From positions 248,001 to 312,000 of the forward strand of contig NMRA01000481.1 of NCBI GenBank assembly GCA_002633005.1: a stretch of 64,000 bases of DNA, given 5' to 3'. A program made the position numbers and the translations under genes. How positions within the stretch are numbered: the stretch's first letter is position 1; every line of letters begins with the position of its first letter. Below the pieces are notes generated by a model. It was given only the letters and a program-made list of their open reading frames with translations, was not told the origin of the DNA and searched no databases. Below, one piece after another: positions 38,001 to 53,000 of the stretch. This stretch comes from Phoronis australis. Its lineage: Eukaryota; Animalia; Phoronida.

Positions 38001-41000
38001 CATTTCGTTTTTTTTTTAATGTGTAAATGATGAGGAATTTGGTAATGTTGGTGAAAAACTCACAAAATGTGAGTTCTGCTTCTTAAGCTGAGTACAGAGG
38101 AAACACTTAGGCGGTGTAAAGCGAAAAAGTTGAACAGTAGTTGATCAGTCAATCTTTAATTGGCGGTAATCCAAATTAATGCGTATTGCCAATAAATTCC
38201 TTGTCAAATGACCAGTGGTTTCTTTAGGGTGTTGCATTTCGCCATATTAGCTGGCTAAAATGAAATTAAAAAAGTTAATCATTTTGCTCTCATAAAATCG
38301 GTCTCGCAATATTAGAACCATGATAACATTCTGTTTCCAATACCAACCAGAACATGGAAACCATCGTGACTCAAGCAAATGCTTCAGGCTGTGTTCGGGC
38401 TGGCCAACCCTAAAATTGCAAATTTGAAAGTGCTTGGCATATGTACGCATTGCCTGCGACTTGAGTAGTGCAGAAGTAGAGTCCTCTCTATGTAAAGAAT
38501 GTTTTGAGATGGACATTATGATAGTAAATTAAAGTCTTAATTCGATTTTCATTTTATTAGCCAGTTGTGCAGCAGGGTAAAAGGTAACTTTAACTGTGTA
38601 TTTATTGGTGATGGAATCTTGTGTGAGGCAGCTGCAAACAAAACCAGACTCTGCCACTGCAGGTCTCTTCAAGATTTACAGTTTTGTGATTCAGGTCTTT
38701 GCTTTCCCAAGAATGAATGCAATTACACTGTTGATGTTACACCTACCCCCATTTTATAGATGTCTGTCTTATGTCTGTGACACATGGTCCAAATGTTTGA
38801 CTCCCATTTGTCCAAGTATTTATAATATCTGTCTGTTAGTGATTACTGTTTTAGTGGTCTGGTTTACTTGTGGAGCACTTTTACTGTCAAAAATTCACCA
38901 GTAACAATCATTATGGTGAAAAAGAATCCCTCTATGGCAAAACCCCTCTATGGCAAGGGGACTGGCAACGACTCTAGAATTCGCATCATGCCACAGTGAA
39001 TATTTTGAAACTGGTAGTGCAGCATGTTTCAACTCCATGAGAAGATTAATGTAGAATTTGTGCCTTTGTACCCTAAAAAAGTGATTTAGACCATGTGCAC
39101 ACCAGGCCTTAAATAAAGGGGAGCTCGAGTTTTGTAGTATATGGACCTTTTACTGAAAAAACGGGAACTTAAAAAAATGGGGTACTACGTTCAGACCTAT
39201 GAATTGTCGCCGAATTCCTGTGGACATTTACCTTGTTTTCTCGGACTTTTTGTTTCTCTGAGGCGGACCTTGTTGCCAACTTTGCCAAATCTGGGGCTCA
39301 TTTGAGCCCCCCCCAGGTGCACGCATGTTGAATGAAGACAGAAATTTGGTTTTATGCTCGCAGTTCACCATTGCTGAATAAAACCTTAGCCAAGTAATTA
39401 CGAGCTTGTTGCATTTTAAAAATAATTTATCAAAATTAATCTCAGTAACTGGCAGTTATGTGTGAATTCTCAGAACCTTTGCTCTTTAGCTGAATGCAAG
39501 ATTTACAGTTGCGAGTGTGAAGGGTAAGACTAAGTTTCTGACTTCTAGTCTTGAGTCACTTTTCCAGACCCCTGGAACTACTAGAATGTGAGATATTCCA
39601 TAACAAATGGTCCTGGTATTGTACTCAATATAGTTGAGACAATAGAACTGATTATGATCATATCATAAACAGCCCTGCCATTATCTCCCTCCCTCACAGC
39701 TGGGGTCTGCAAGGGCGTTCTTATTAGCAGCATCCTTTTCTCATTAACACAAATTTTATGTATTGTTTTGTTTTTTCCACATCTCTTCTTACCGAGTTTT
39801 CCCCCCATCAACTATGTTGAACAGATCGCAATTGCAATTCCGTTTTCTAGAACAGAGTTCTATTCTCGCTTACCGCAGCGTAACAGTATTCGTCTATATA
39901 GACAAAATACCTGTTCTTCCACTTTATAACACATTATAAAGCACCATGCTATTCTCATGCTATTAACAACAATAATTCATTATCAAACTGTATTTGTTCA
40001 TCATGCATACCTTTAATTCTAATGTTTGACAAAGGNTGTTTCAACTGCATGAGAAGATTAATGTAGAATTTGTGCCTTTGTACCCTAAAAAAGTGATTTA
40101 GACCATGTGCACACCAGGCCTGAAATAAAGGGGAGCTCGAGTTTTGTAGTATATGGACCTTTTACTGAAAAAACGGGAACTTAAAAAAATGGGGTACTAC
40201 GTTCAGACCTATGAATTGTCGCCGAATTCCTGTGGACATTTACCTTGTTTTCTCGGACTTTTTGTTTCTCTGAGACGGACCTTGATGCCAACTTTGCCAA
40301 ATCTGGGGCTCATTTGAGCCCCCCCCAGGTGCACGCATGTTGAATGAAGACAGAAATTTGGTATTATGCTCGCAGTTCACCATTGCTGAATAAAACCTTA
40401 GCCAAGTAATTACGAGCTTGTTACCTTTTAAAAAATAATTTATCAAAATTAATCTCAGTAACTGGCAGTTATGTGTGAATTCTCAGAACCTTTGCTCTTT
40501 AGCTGAATGCGAGATTTACAGTTGCGAGTATGAAGGGTAAGACTAATTTTCTGACTTCTAGTCTTGAATCACTTTTCCAGACCCCTGGATCTACTAGAAT
40601 GTGAGATATTCCATCACAAATGGTCCTGGTATTGTACTCAACATAGTTGAGACAATAGGACTGATTATGATCATGTCATAAACAGCCCTGCCATTATCTC
40701 CCTCCCTCACAGCTGGGGTCTGCAAGGGCGTTCTTATTAGCAGCATCCTTTTCTCATTAACACAAATTTTATGTATTGTTTTGTTTTTTCCTCATCAAGG
40801 GTATTTCTCTTCTTACCGAGTTTTTCCCCCCATCAACTATGTTGAACAGATCGCAATTGCAATTCCGTTTTCTAGAACAGAGTTCTATTCTCGCTTACCG
40901 CAGCATGACAGTATTCGTCTATATAGACAAAATACCTGTTCTTCCACTTTATAACACATTATAAAGCACCATGCTATTCTCATGCTATTAACAACAATAA

Positions 41001-44000
41001 TTCATTATCAAACTGTATTTGTTCATCATGCATACCTTTAATTCTAATATTTGACAAAGGATTGTTCCACACTTGTGCTTATAACATTATGACTAGGCTT
41101 GGTCTTCAGCAATATTCATAGCTATGTGTTGAGTGAAATCTTTCAGGCCAGACAAACACTTGCCAACCCCCCCCCCCGAACATTTTTTATGCATCATCTA
41201 AAACCATTCGCATTTGTATTTTTAAGAATGTTCGATCTCAGTTTTGTAGTTCACTACTAAAGCACCCTCTAACTACAGGTTTAATTCAATCCTATACCAC
41301 TGAAGTACCATGGAATTTCATGAGACTTGGTGCAGTATTCATGGGAAAAGAAATGAGTAAATGAGAAATGGACTGAGTTAGCAAGACCCAAATTGAGATT
41401 AATGAGAAGAAGACAAACAGCTTGATAGAGAAGAAATGTGTTAATAAGAAAATGACCAGTAATGAGACCAGATGATGAGGGAAGACAGCCCTGATAAACA
41501 CACCACCCATCCGGTACCAGCCGGGGGGGGAGGGGGCAGTTTGAGGGGANGGGGGGGCAATTTGAGGGGAAGAGTTGGGATGGGATGTGATACGCAAACA
41601 GCAGGACATTTCATGGAATTTACACGCTACAAAGTTGTACCTGGTTTTCAGATTGAATAAGCTCCTCTGTCAGTGTTCATCTTGGGGGTTGCAATCCTCA
41701 CGATGATTTTTGTCTGATAGACAAAGTCTCCTTGGTTAAGGGTTTTAGTTGTTTGTTTTGCTGTGAGTCTACAAAGCTCAGCTCTTTGATCTTATCCAAA
41801 AGTGAAAAATCGAGGAAGTTGACGGAGGCTTTTAAATGATAATTAAGGGTACTGCTTTGAGTGCTCTTTCATTGGACTGAATTACACTGTTGTGTTTACT
41901 GCTATATGTAGAAAATTAACAAAACATGGAAAAAATCGACAAAAATACTTCATACTTCAGCTTTTGTCGCTAAAAGTTATTGAACATTGTTTTATGTCAA
42001 AAATTTCTTTCCTCCCTTGAGATAGGAACACGCTTCTCGATATGTGCTGTACTAATCCAATGATTTCGGATTGAAATTTATCGCTACTTGTATAAGCCAG
42101 TGGATTAGACACATCCGCCTTCAAGTGTTATTATGTGCAATCAATGTTGCTGTGATTAGATTTCAGAATTTATGACGTTTTAAGGAAGTTCATTGTTTGG
42201 CGTGACGCAAAGTTGTAGCTTTGCTGAATTAAGCCTGTAGTGTTGGTCAAAAGATGGTGACTTAGCGAGATTAATTGTATAGTGTTGGTCATAGAAAAAC
42301 TAATTCGCTCCTTTCTGTTAATTGATGGATTGGGCGTAGATGCATTAATGTGGAATATATTAATAGTATCATGCATTGCGTTAGTGCGCTTGACTACTCA
42401 CGATAATTATCTGAATGAGCGGGATAGGCTGACGGGAATGGTGGAACGTATTCAATAAAATTCAGTGTCGGTGTTTTGTAGTATGGTAATTTTGTACTTG
42501 TTTCGAACAAAACTAATTGCCAAAATCGTCATTTTTCCATTTTTCAAAGGCCTATTACTTTACTGTAAATGATGGAAAATTTGCCAAAAGTTGTTTTGTG
42601 GCATCTACAAAGTACAAACTATGACAATGATGGACTAAATTCTTCTTAATCTTGTGAGGAAACTTGACAAAATAGAATTTCACTCGGCCATGTTGTGTGC
42701 TAAATACAGTGAAGAATTCAACCATAAAACTTTCTACTCTGTTCATTAGAATAATTTGGCAGAAGCCCCTCCTGTAGGCAAAACTTGTCGAACACATCAC
42801 CATGTTCATGAGCAATAATTCAGTTTCAACTCTTGTTCCCCTCAACTAATCTAAAATCCACAGCTCTTGTCCGAATAAGGATTTGGGCAATTGCCATTTC
42901 CGAGGTTTTACTGTACGTACTTTGTCCATGTTTAAGGAAAAGTGAAATCAGGTCTACCACACACTGGTAGTGAATTGCAAAGTCATGGAATACTTGTCAT
43001 TACTGAAAAATGTTCACATCATTTGTCCGCCTGCTACAAAAGATTAATTTTCTCGTTTATGTAACTCTCTTCTCTTCCACCTTGTGTCTGTATTGTCATC
43101 CATCTTACATATCTTGCCGCAGCATTCACCGTGGGTTTTCATGTCGACATCGTGTTCTATATCGCGGTTACACGCCGGTGTGAATTGCCCACTTGAGTTA
43201 AGCAAACTTCCCTACTGTTTGCGAAAATGCATTTGTGAATGGCAAAAATTGATTTTTAATTTTCACTTGTTTCTATTCAATACCTGTGGAACTTTATCGA
43301 TCTGCAATGGTGCAGTTATGGTTGACCGCTGCGGATTACATTTTTGATTTTTTTCTTGATATACCGTATATCTGAAGTCATTTAGACTGATGGTGAAGCA
43401 AAGTCTGATTTTGTATTGAGTATTGCGATTAATATTGCGGGGACCCAAGTTTGGTGAATGAAGGCAGCAAAATTCAAATTAAAATGATTTTCTATGTCAT
43501 ACAGTAAAACAAATCATGATCCAGACAAACCTGATCCAAGGTTATTGTTAGAGAACGCCAGGACACCCCGGATTATTAATCGTTTCGCTGTATAACATAC
43601 AAAAAATTTGTTAGAATTTGAGTTTTCACCCTCTTTTTCTTCAAACTCAGCTCTTGCAACTTAACAAACTTCCTTAATTTAGGACTGAGTCTTCTCTGTT
43701 AGACAATAGAGCTTGACAAGGTGAAGTATATTATTCAATAGTTTTAGAGTTATTTCTTACCAAAACATTTGTATAATTTTAGAGACCATTAATCAATGTT
43801 TTCATTTGTTTTGTAATTTTGGACATGATATCAAATGTTTAGTAGAAATTTGTTTCTGTCGAAAATTAAATATTCAGTGTGAGGTTACATTAAAATCGTA
43901 CTAATTTCAGCAGCAAAATACAACTGCCAAAATTGCCCCTTTTTTCTTTGCTCAGCTGTTATGAGTGCCCACATTTTTTCCAAACACTGTCATAATATCA

Positions 44001-47000
44001 GCTACGGTACAGTTGAACATGGAAAAGCATTACTTTAGTGCTTCACACGTTTTATAAAAAAGAAAAAATAGAATTTCACATGCTCGCCATTAAATGTGAG
44101 ATTTGACTGTGTTCTAAAGATGGAAGACTGTCTTGTAATGTCAAATTGTCTGATTCATGTTGCTCTTGAATGTTTGAGTTAATATCAGTAATTAGTCAGT
44201 GTAGACCCCAAAACTACTTTTGAACAAGTTATTGGTTAAATGGGCTCTTGGATTTTGTGAAATAACTAGTAATTTACAAACTTCTCCATTAAAAAACATT
44301 TCATTTTATATTGCAAGTTTATTTTGTTTTCAGCTCAGCATTGCCACTGATAAAAAATCATTACCCACACAAATTAGTATTGCTTATTTTTGTTGGTTAT
44401 GCTCTAACCTAAAGCCCTGTATTGAAATTACAATACACTTTTGTCGAGGCCAAAATATTGCAGCATACATCTTAAGCTGTTTTTACACCGGGAACAGTTG
44501 TCATGGTGCGACTTGCTCCACTTAAGTCGCATTTACGTGACGTTAGATCGCAAACTGGATTGTCACAAGTTATTTACATGAAGACTGTCTGCGCATGCTT
44601 GTATTAACAACAGCGAAAGTCCAAACCTGGTGGAGATGGAATACTAGTGAATCACTTGTATTTACGCTATTACGCAAGCGTAATAGAGATGATCTCTTAT
44701 GTTATGTCCCAGTTTGTGTTTAGACGCTCTACTTCTCACACAGGCGTCAAAAATGGCCTCCGAAACTTGGTCTGTTTCTGTCATGTTTACAGACACAATT
44801 GCACCCAATCAACTGTAGGGTCGTGTTCGGACAGAAAATTCTGGTATCTATTCGACTGCTTGCAAGTAATTTTGGCAATAGTTTGTGAAGGGCAATTACG
44901 TAATTCAAACTCTAACACAAGCTACCACCGTAGTCAGCAGATGTACAAACCTAGAAGACGTAAAACGCCTGGCTAGCTCGGCTGAAGTAAAACGGTATAA
45001 CTCGGCAGACACTGCTAGTGAATAAGGTTACGGTTTGTGCGAAGGTCACAGATCTTGTGCATTGAGAGTGTGCCGAGTTGGCGGTCCATGTAGTATACGT
45101 AGTTTACAGTTGCAGTGAACAGTGTGATGCCATTCAGGTGTTAGTTCTCAACATCATCAATAGATGGCACACATTCTACACATGGTAGCAGACTGCAACA
45201 TAAGTACAGGGAAATGAGCCGATCAATAAGAAATGAGAGTCTGATGGTCGAGCGTTAGTTAATGACTATATGCTAGGGACAGCATTAAGTTTACTTCAAG
45301 TGATGTCTGAATTTTTGCTTTCAGTTTTATAGACTTACTGTCAGAGTCTGATATTTCTAGTATTTCCGCGTTACCATAACTGTGCATTATATGAAGACTT
45401 GATTGAGCCTAATTGTTAAGCTTTCTTTAAAGTGGCGATCAAAATCGAAAAGTTTTGAAACGAAATGAAATTCAAGTGATATTGGATCGAATTATTGGGA
45501 AATTCTTAGGATATATCTAAAGAGGGTTGTAGATTTGCCATTAAAAGTGATATTATAAGTCACAATGTTGTGTATTTGATATCAGCCACAAAAGGGTTTC
45601 AAACCTTGATCTCACCAGTCGCAGTCCAGCGGTGTGTTAGTAGAGTTGTAAGCAATGCTTCTTGTACCCAATAATAGTAATAACCGATAAGATCACTGGC
45701 CTAGATATTAGTTTTTCCGAAGCGATGGAAACTAACCTCGGTTGTCGGTGTTTTCTGATAAAATCACGTTAGCAACAGATTTTTCTTTGCCCTGGTCAAA
45801 GTTGAACTACATGAAGCCTATTCCATCCAACAATAATCCAAGCGATGCACTTAATTCGTTTAGTTCAACTTTTATTTGTTTCGAAAATGAAATTGTCTTT
45901 TTACCAGATACCTGTTCAATTTACAAATGGTAAATTTTAGTAATCCACGAATCTGCAACACCATTAGGTATGTATGCATGTATGCTTTTGTGTATTTAAT
46001 TTCAATGATATGTAATTTTAATTTAAATGTCAAACAGTTATCAAGTGGACAAAGGTACAATGCGTTGTCATGGATGAAATTCTGTAAATTTAATTGAAGA
46101 GCCGGCTTGCTCCATGACTTCTAATGTAAAACATTTTGTTTCGCATTTGAAGATCACTTTTCCAAAAATAAAATTTGTTTAACCTTTACGTTGTACTAAA
46201 GAATATCGACTTTCCTGCCTTTGTTCCTGCGGGAGTACTCAGGTGACAAACATTCTCTTCTCTCTGTTACTGTCAGGAGTGTCGCAACTGTAACATTATA
46301 TCTAAAGACAACACAACTTGAGTGAACACCGATTAAAGGGCTAAGTGAGGTGGCCGGTTGTTTACTTAACCACTTTGCTTAACAATAGCTTTAGAAGACC
46401 CTTGTAGGAATTCTGATAAAGCTTTTGTCAATGGGAATGCAAATTTTGTGCCTAAAATGTGATAAACACGATAAGTTTTTATTAAGGTCATTTTTCACTT
46501 TTTTGTCTACTTTTAACAGAATTGAATTTCCAATATAAATGGAGTAATTTTTCATGATAAAGGTTTAAATTTAAGGCTTAAGATTAGTATTTCGTAAACT
46601 GGAGCCATTTTTCAAAAAGGCATGTTTTTATTTTAAGGCTGTTCTAGCTTATTTTAAAATAATGAACTTTTAATGAAAAACTAATGTTGTAATTTTTCAA
46701 AAAGTTTTCAAGTGTTATTTTTGGCCTTTTTCAGTTGATTTGAACAGCTGCTTCTTTGTTATTCGTTTATGGGACACCCATCATTTCGTAAATAAAGTGC
46801 TTTACTTGCCTATTAAACCATTTTTATATCAATTTTAAGTTTGCTTCTTTGGAAAACAGAGTGAAATCTTATAAAAACAACTAGACTCATACTCAGTGCC
46901 ACATTTACACGTCATCGAGACATGGATCTCATCCAATGAATTTAAAATTCATTGTATTCGACACAGTGAGTTTTATTGAACACCTTCGATAAAACTTCAG

Positions 47001-50000
47001 AGCAGTGGAGAGTTTTACTGTTATCTCCTTAAAATTATGTTAAACGATATACCTTTTCATACGGTTATGTTTAACCACGTCTTCATCTTATTGTACCAAA
47101 ATTAACTATTTCAGGTAGATAAGCCTATATCATTGTAAATATAATTTGAGTTTCTTAAATCGAGTGAATGCGTGAATGAGAGTGCATAAAAGTCTTTCCA
47201 CTTCCCTTTTCCTCTACCCCCTTTTACAGTAACCTCCTGTTGATTGTGCGCCCCATGACTGAGTTATTTTGCGAAATACTTATTTTTCTGTATTGTTATT
47301 TATATTGTAAGGATGTGTAGGTGAGGCCGCCCATATTCACTAATCATTAACAATATGATTTCTGGGTGAGTAAATGTATAACTGAGAAAAAAGGAGAATT
47401 GAACTTCAAAAAATTATGAAATGGCTAACCAATTTGTAGCAATTGATGAAATGCAAATGTGTGCAGTTTTGCGGTAGATCTGGTTAGAAACTGTCATCGT
47501 GGCTTACAACTTCATTTTCTTAAATTTTTTCCTATGTATGTTATAGCGCATGCACCAATAAAGCGAGTGAATTATGCCGTTACGCCCAGCGTAAACAGTG
47601 TTATGACCATACTCGATAGACCAATAGCGTTCATAATGTTGCGATCCTACTACCTAGTTGTTGTGCGTGTCTGGCCATGTTCAGATTATTAATTAATGTT
47701 CCAGGTGTTAGGATTTCTCACCCCTGATGTGTCTCTTGTTCCCCCCTTCGTAATTAGTGCCCATTGAACACCCTGTGAGAGAGTCTGTATAAAGAGTCAA
47801 TAGGTCCATTGTTATCTGACATACCTTGATTGGTTTGATTTTATGGTTTATTTACTTCTTGTCAGCCCTCCTCTCTAGCTGTAGCCGCTGAAACAACAAA
47901 AGCTTTCATTGGGTAAACAGTTGTGATGATCAATAAATATTTTGCTTTTCCACTGAGATCTAGGAGATACTGCTGTGTTCAGATGTTACAAACAGATGCT
48001 GAATGTAAGTTGGTGATCTACTTTCTCTTTTTCTCCTTTTATATCAAAAGTTGACTTAATCTGATCCGAAGATTAGCTTTGTTAAAATGTCACACAGGGA
48101 GACACGCTGTTTTCTCTAATGTTTTGTTCTGACTGCCTTTTGGCTATTTCAAGAAATGACATGTTCTCTCATACCCTGTTTGGTTTGCAAACCAAGCAAT
48201 GTGTCCAATCTTCTGGGCAGCGGTAGTAATTATCTCCGCATGGAACTCCTGTATGTTGAGAGCGTAATCCCCAAGATTAAGTGTATGCGGTATGTTCTGC
48301 GTTGGTAGTCTTAAGATTCTTCTGGTGACGGTAAGCGTGTTTTTTGAGACTGAAAATTTAATAGTTTTGCGGGAAATTAGAGATGTTTTTCATTGTTTTG
48401 TTGTTATGATGAAAGGAATTTCGTGCTTGTTAGAATTAGTTCTGTTGGTTGTTGAGCTCAGACTTGTCTCATCCTGCAATGTATTTTCTGTCAAGAGAAG
48501 TAAGTTCCTTTGGTTATTTTTAGACAAGTGAAGTGGAGGTTATTATGGAATGTAATTTAATGGTGTCTTTGTTTATGGAAATAATTATAAGTGTTCTTGT
48601 TTCTGTGGATGATGCAAAATGTTCTTTGTGCCATGTGTCACCGTAAATTTTCATTTTGCAATTTCTCATTGTCTTATATTTTGATATTAGGTTCTCTATT
48701 TTTTTTTTGAGGATTCATTAACTGCCTTGGAGATTGTAAAAGAAATTGTATTTTTTTCAGTTTTTCCAAAATTTGATGCAGTGTATCATGGGTCATGTGA
48801 TACTAACTAAAAGATATGAATAGTGATTTTGTATATTTTTATTTTGAAACGCGTTCTAAGTGCTTCTGAAGTTCACTCATTTGTCTATAAGATTTTCTTT
48901 AAAATATCTGTAACATCTTGCGTGGTTCAGCTGACTTAAAAGTAAAACTATTGGGTGTCAATCAATGACAGAAATATCGATCAGCTTAATCTACTTGTCT
49001 TATCACAATTGATTTTGCAAAATTCAAGTAGTCAATCTTTGCAGACTCCTAAACTGCCTTTGACCATATTGACTTCATCGATTGTGCTTGTCAAATATGG
49101 ACCAGGCCAGGCTTTGAGAAGTTTCAAAAAAAACACAATTCTTTTGGAAAGGTAAACATGCTCAGAGGATTTTCGGATAATTAAGTACAACGAATACTGT
49201 GTGTAGTGGTTTAAAGTAATCTCTTAAGAAATTTGCTGAGCTCAAGGATAAGATTTGTTCAGTGTTCAATATTTACTCAGCCTTCAGTGGTTACTTGGTC
49301 TTTTTGTCACAGCAGGTACAGCGATGAGGACTTGATAGCACTTTTGTGCATTTAAAGGGACGTATGTTTTGTGTCCAAAAAACATATTTTGGGATCATTG
49401 TTGGATAGGAGACACTTCATCAAGTTAGTAGCCAGAGCTATGAAACAACAAAATCTCTTGTGTTTTTGAGATTTTATTATAAATCACCAATTCTCACCAT
49501 TGTCTGCCCGACATTCACTGAAATCGAGGCTGACGACTTAAGCAGTAACGTGCCTGAAATAATTCAGCGTTTATCAGCTGGGATTTAGCTCCACTAGCGA
49601 AGCGTTAGGCTATGATCGAGGTGGTTTCAGATTCCATTTTTGCGCCGAGTCTGATCTTAGAAAAGCACTTTCTCACCTATAATTCCCCTTTAAGTCTGTG
49701 CGGCCACTGGGTAATTTTATCAAAACCCATTTTAATTCAAACAAAGAATGAAAATGTGATGATGTTGCTTTGCAGGAGCACATGAGACAGTGAAGAAACT
49801 TAAGGTATATTTAACACTAGAATGTGTAGTTTTCAAGGTGAACTAGACATACACTTTGATTACTCTGCCAAACTTGGATAAACTTTTTGTCAAGACTGTT
49901 CGTCAATTAAGTCGTTCTTTTGTCACAATAAAGTAGCGTGTGTATCGAAATTTTATCAGAATTTAATTCGACTTTGTTTACGAATGGACTTACTCAGTAA

Positions 50001-53000
50001 GTTGTTCGAAAAAGTGCATGGAAGAACGCCTGTCGGGATTTAGTCAGATTTGTAAGACTCAAGTCGATAAGAAATGAAGATGTAGTCGTGGTTTAACGCA
50101 CTGAAGCTTTGTCAAAATTTTAACGTAAAAACACAACGGTCATTTGCCAATTACTAATGGCGGTTATCCTTTTACCAAAGTATCTCTACGTTCATAATTT
50201 AGTTACATAATAATTACAACATGTACAAAAATTGTAGATGCAAAATTTTGTTATCGTTGATATCACAAGTAGCCAGTATTGTTTAATCCTTGGTATTCCA
50301 TCTAACTTCCCTATTGGTTGCTTTCAATTCACCTTTGAAAGTTGTTTTGCTTGGCATTTGTATCACAAGGTCCACGTTGCTGTTGCTGAGTTGATTCTGG
50401 TTAGCCCCTGGGCATTTTAATTTAGCAACTCAAGAATCGGGGGGGGGGGGGGGNNNNNNNNNNNNNNNNNNNNNNNNNNNNNNNNNNNNNNNNNNNNNNN
50501 NNNNNNNNNNNNNNNNNNNNNNNNNNNNNNNNNNNNNNNNNNNNNNGGGGGGGGTTGGTATACAAGCGAATGTGAATGTTAAGGTATGAAAGTTAAGTAA
50601 GGGGCACTTACCTACTTACCTAAAGTGGGCGTCGACCCAAACGGATACAAAAAGGTGGCTAAAAAGGAAATAACTGCTGTGATCTATATGAATGGGAAGA
50701 TCCATGCATTGTTAAGTGTAACAGTGTGCCTTCTAAATTTTTGACACCTCAATGACTTTTTAATATCAGAAGTGTTCTGGGTTACTCATGAAGGTGAGCG
50801 GCACCACCTTGTCATGCATTTAATTAATCAGATTGACCTACTTGTCTGTCGTCACGGATATTGTATCCGTATCCGTTGCATTGAGGTCAGTGGCTTTTTT
50901 CTCATTTTCTGACATTTCTCTTGATTGGGAAATGCCGAAAACAGTGACATTACCAATTTATTCCTTGATTGTAATCTGCATTAGGTAAACTGCGATTGCT
51001 AAAAATGAAAATTTCTGTCAAACGATTACTAGGTTTTGAAAAGTAAGCCTGAATGGTCATACATGAGATGGTGTGTTACAATTTCTGATCTGCTGGTCAC
51101 AGCGAGTTATGGAGTTTATGAAAAGCAGTTGTTATTATCAGCTTTATTATGTTACTAGATGTTTTGAGTAAGAGCTTTGTCTTGAGACTGTGAATGGTTC
51201 TTTAGTATTCAGGATCTGAAAATTATGTTGTCATTATTCCATGCTTGAGTGTACTTAATTAAGTCAAAACGTTTATCAATAATGTATTATTGACATCTTG
51301 GGTCTTCTTCGATGATAGATGATAGATTCAAGGTCTTCAAAGCATTTCCTTCCAAACCCTTGAATAGTTAATGGTGGGCATCTGATAATTGGTCCAGGTT
51401 ATAATTATTTGATACGAAAAGTTGTAATTCAAAACTTGTAGACAAAAATCACTCAAAATGTGGGGAGAAAATTTTCTTTCAGGAGTCTTCAATAATAATT
51501 TTCTTTTCATAATTACGTTGTTATTGTGATGGAAGCTTAGGTTGTGCATTGGAATCCTTTGTCATAGACTTTTATTGTATGTGCTGTGTATCCATGTTTC
51601 TGTTAGAATCATTACTGTTTTGTGGTGCATTTCTGTAAAACTCTTCGGTAAAATCTCATTTTCGGACAAAAATGATTGCCAAAATTAACTGCTTTTTCTC
51701 ATTTTACGAAGGCTTGTAACGTTCCCCGTCACAGTTGTGAATGGCCGCAATTTCTCGAAACATTGTCCGGGGGTAGGTGTGGTACAGAATTTTAATTTAA
51801 TACCTCTTTGGTGCTACATGTCATGTGTAGTAAAAAAATAAAATTTCACTTTTATATCGTCATTGGTGAGATTTTGCTGTACTTCCTGTTTCCGTTCTTT
51901 AAGGAAGCATGTCCATGGGAATGACCAAAAAGTCACGTTTTCAAATCACGATTCTTGTGCTCGTTTCACTTTAAAGACCATAATTGTGCTGTTTTGTATG
52001 GAGTATAAACAAAGTCTTACATCAACAATTAGACTGATTGTAAGTCTCCATTTAAACTCTGTAAAAATGTCCTTAAGTTTTTGTGAAACAAGTTTCTGTT
52101 TTTCTCCACTTGTTTCTTACAAAAATAATTGTAAAAATTGTCTTTTTTCCATTTTCTGAAGCAAATTGCTTTTCTACAAGTATTGGAAATCATACTTAAT
52201 GTTTATGACCTCAACACTGTCCAAACCGTGCAAATAATAGACTAAATTTGTCTTTTATTCTTCATTTTTTTTTTTGAAGAAATTTGACAAAATAGAATTT
52301 TCACTTGTCGTCCATATTGTGTGCTAAATAAGTGATGAATTACCAAAGTTCAACTACAACTTTGGAAAAATTAAAAGTCATATTCCTGACAAGTTCATTT
52401 TTTGTGAAACATTTATGGATTCGAGTTTTATGCGGGTTATCGCGCATTTCTATGGGAATAGACAGCAAGCTACAAATGATTCATAAAGTAATTACTGTTC
52501 TTGTATACCCGATCAAGCGTGCGGCTCAATTCACCTCTCTGTTGGTATTTGCACAGTGTCTTTTGTGCTGTCGCAGAATAGTTCTAATTGTTGCCAAAAG
52601 GTTACACGTGGAGCCGTGTGATCCCTAGGATGCTGCGTAATTGGTCGCATCATGGTTTAATTAAGACCCGTGTTCACTCTAGCCAAGCGTGAGGTCCTTC
52701 CTGTTGAAAAAAGTCTGTGCTTCCTGCTTTCGCAACGGACAATAGGTTCAGGTGTTCACCTCAAGGTGTTTTCGGCTCAGTTTCATGTGCAGGTATGAAA
52801 GTGGTAGACTACGTTCAGACTACGTTTGTGTCGTTGATGTAAGCCAGTGTATTGTTGATGCTGTATGCTGCAAAGTCTCACCATTTAACTGCTGACAAAA
52901 TTGGCTGCCAAAATCGGCCTTTCCTCAATTTTCAAAAAAATTTTAATGTTTTTGCGGATGTTCACAATTTCCTAAGACATTGGTTAATAACAATTTAAAG

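Noticed and set aside
24428-38430. Inverted similarity between ~24430-24590 and ~38280-38430
   Set aside because: Old diverged copies of a dispersed repeat, 14 kb apart and in different genes.
47983-48010. ATG...T|gtaagt exon candidate downstream of TATAAA at 47788
   Set aside because: Phase 1 is incompatible with the next LNX acceptor; it could still be non-coding but is unsupported.
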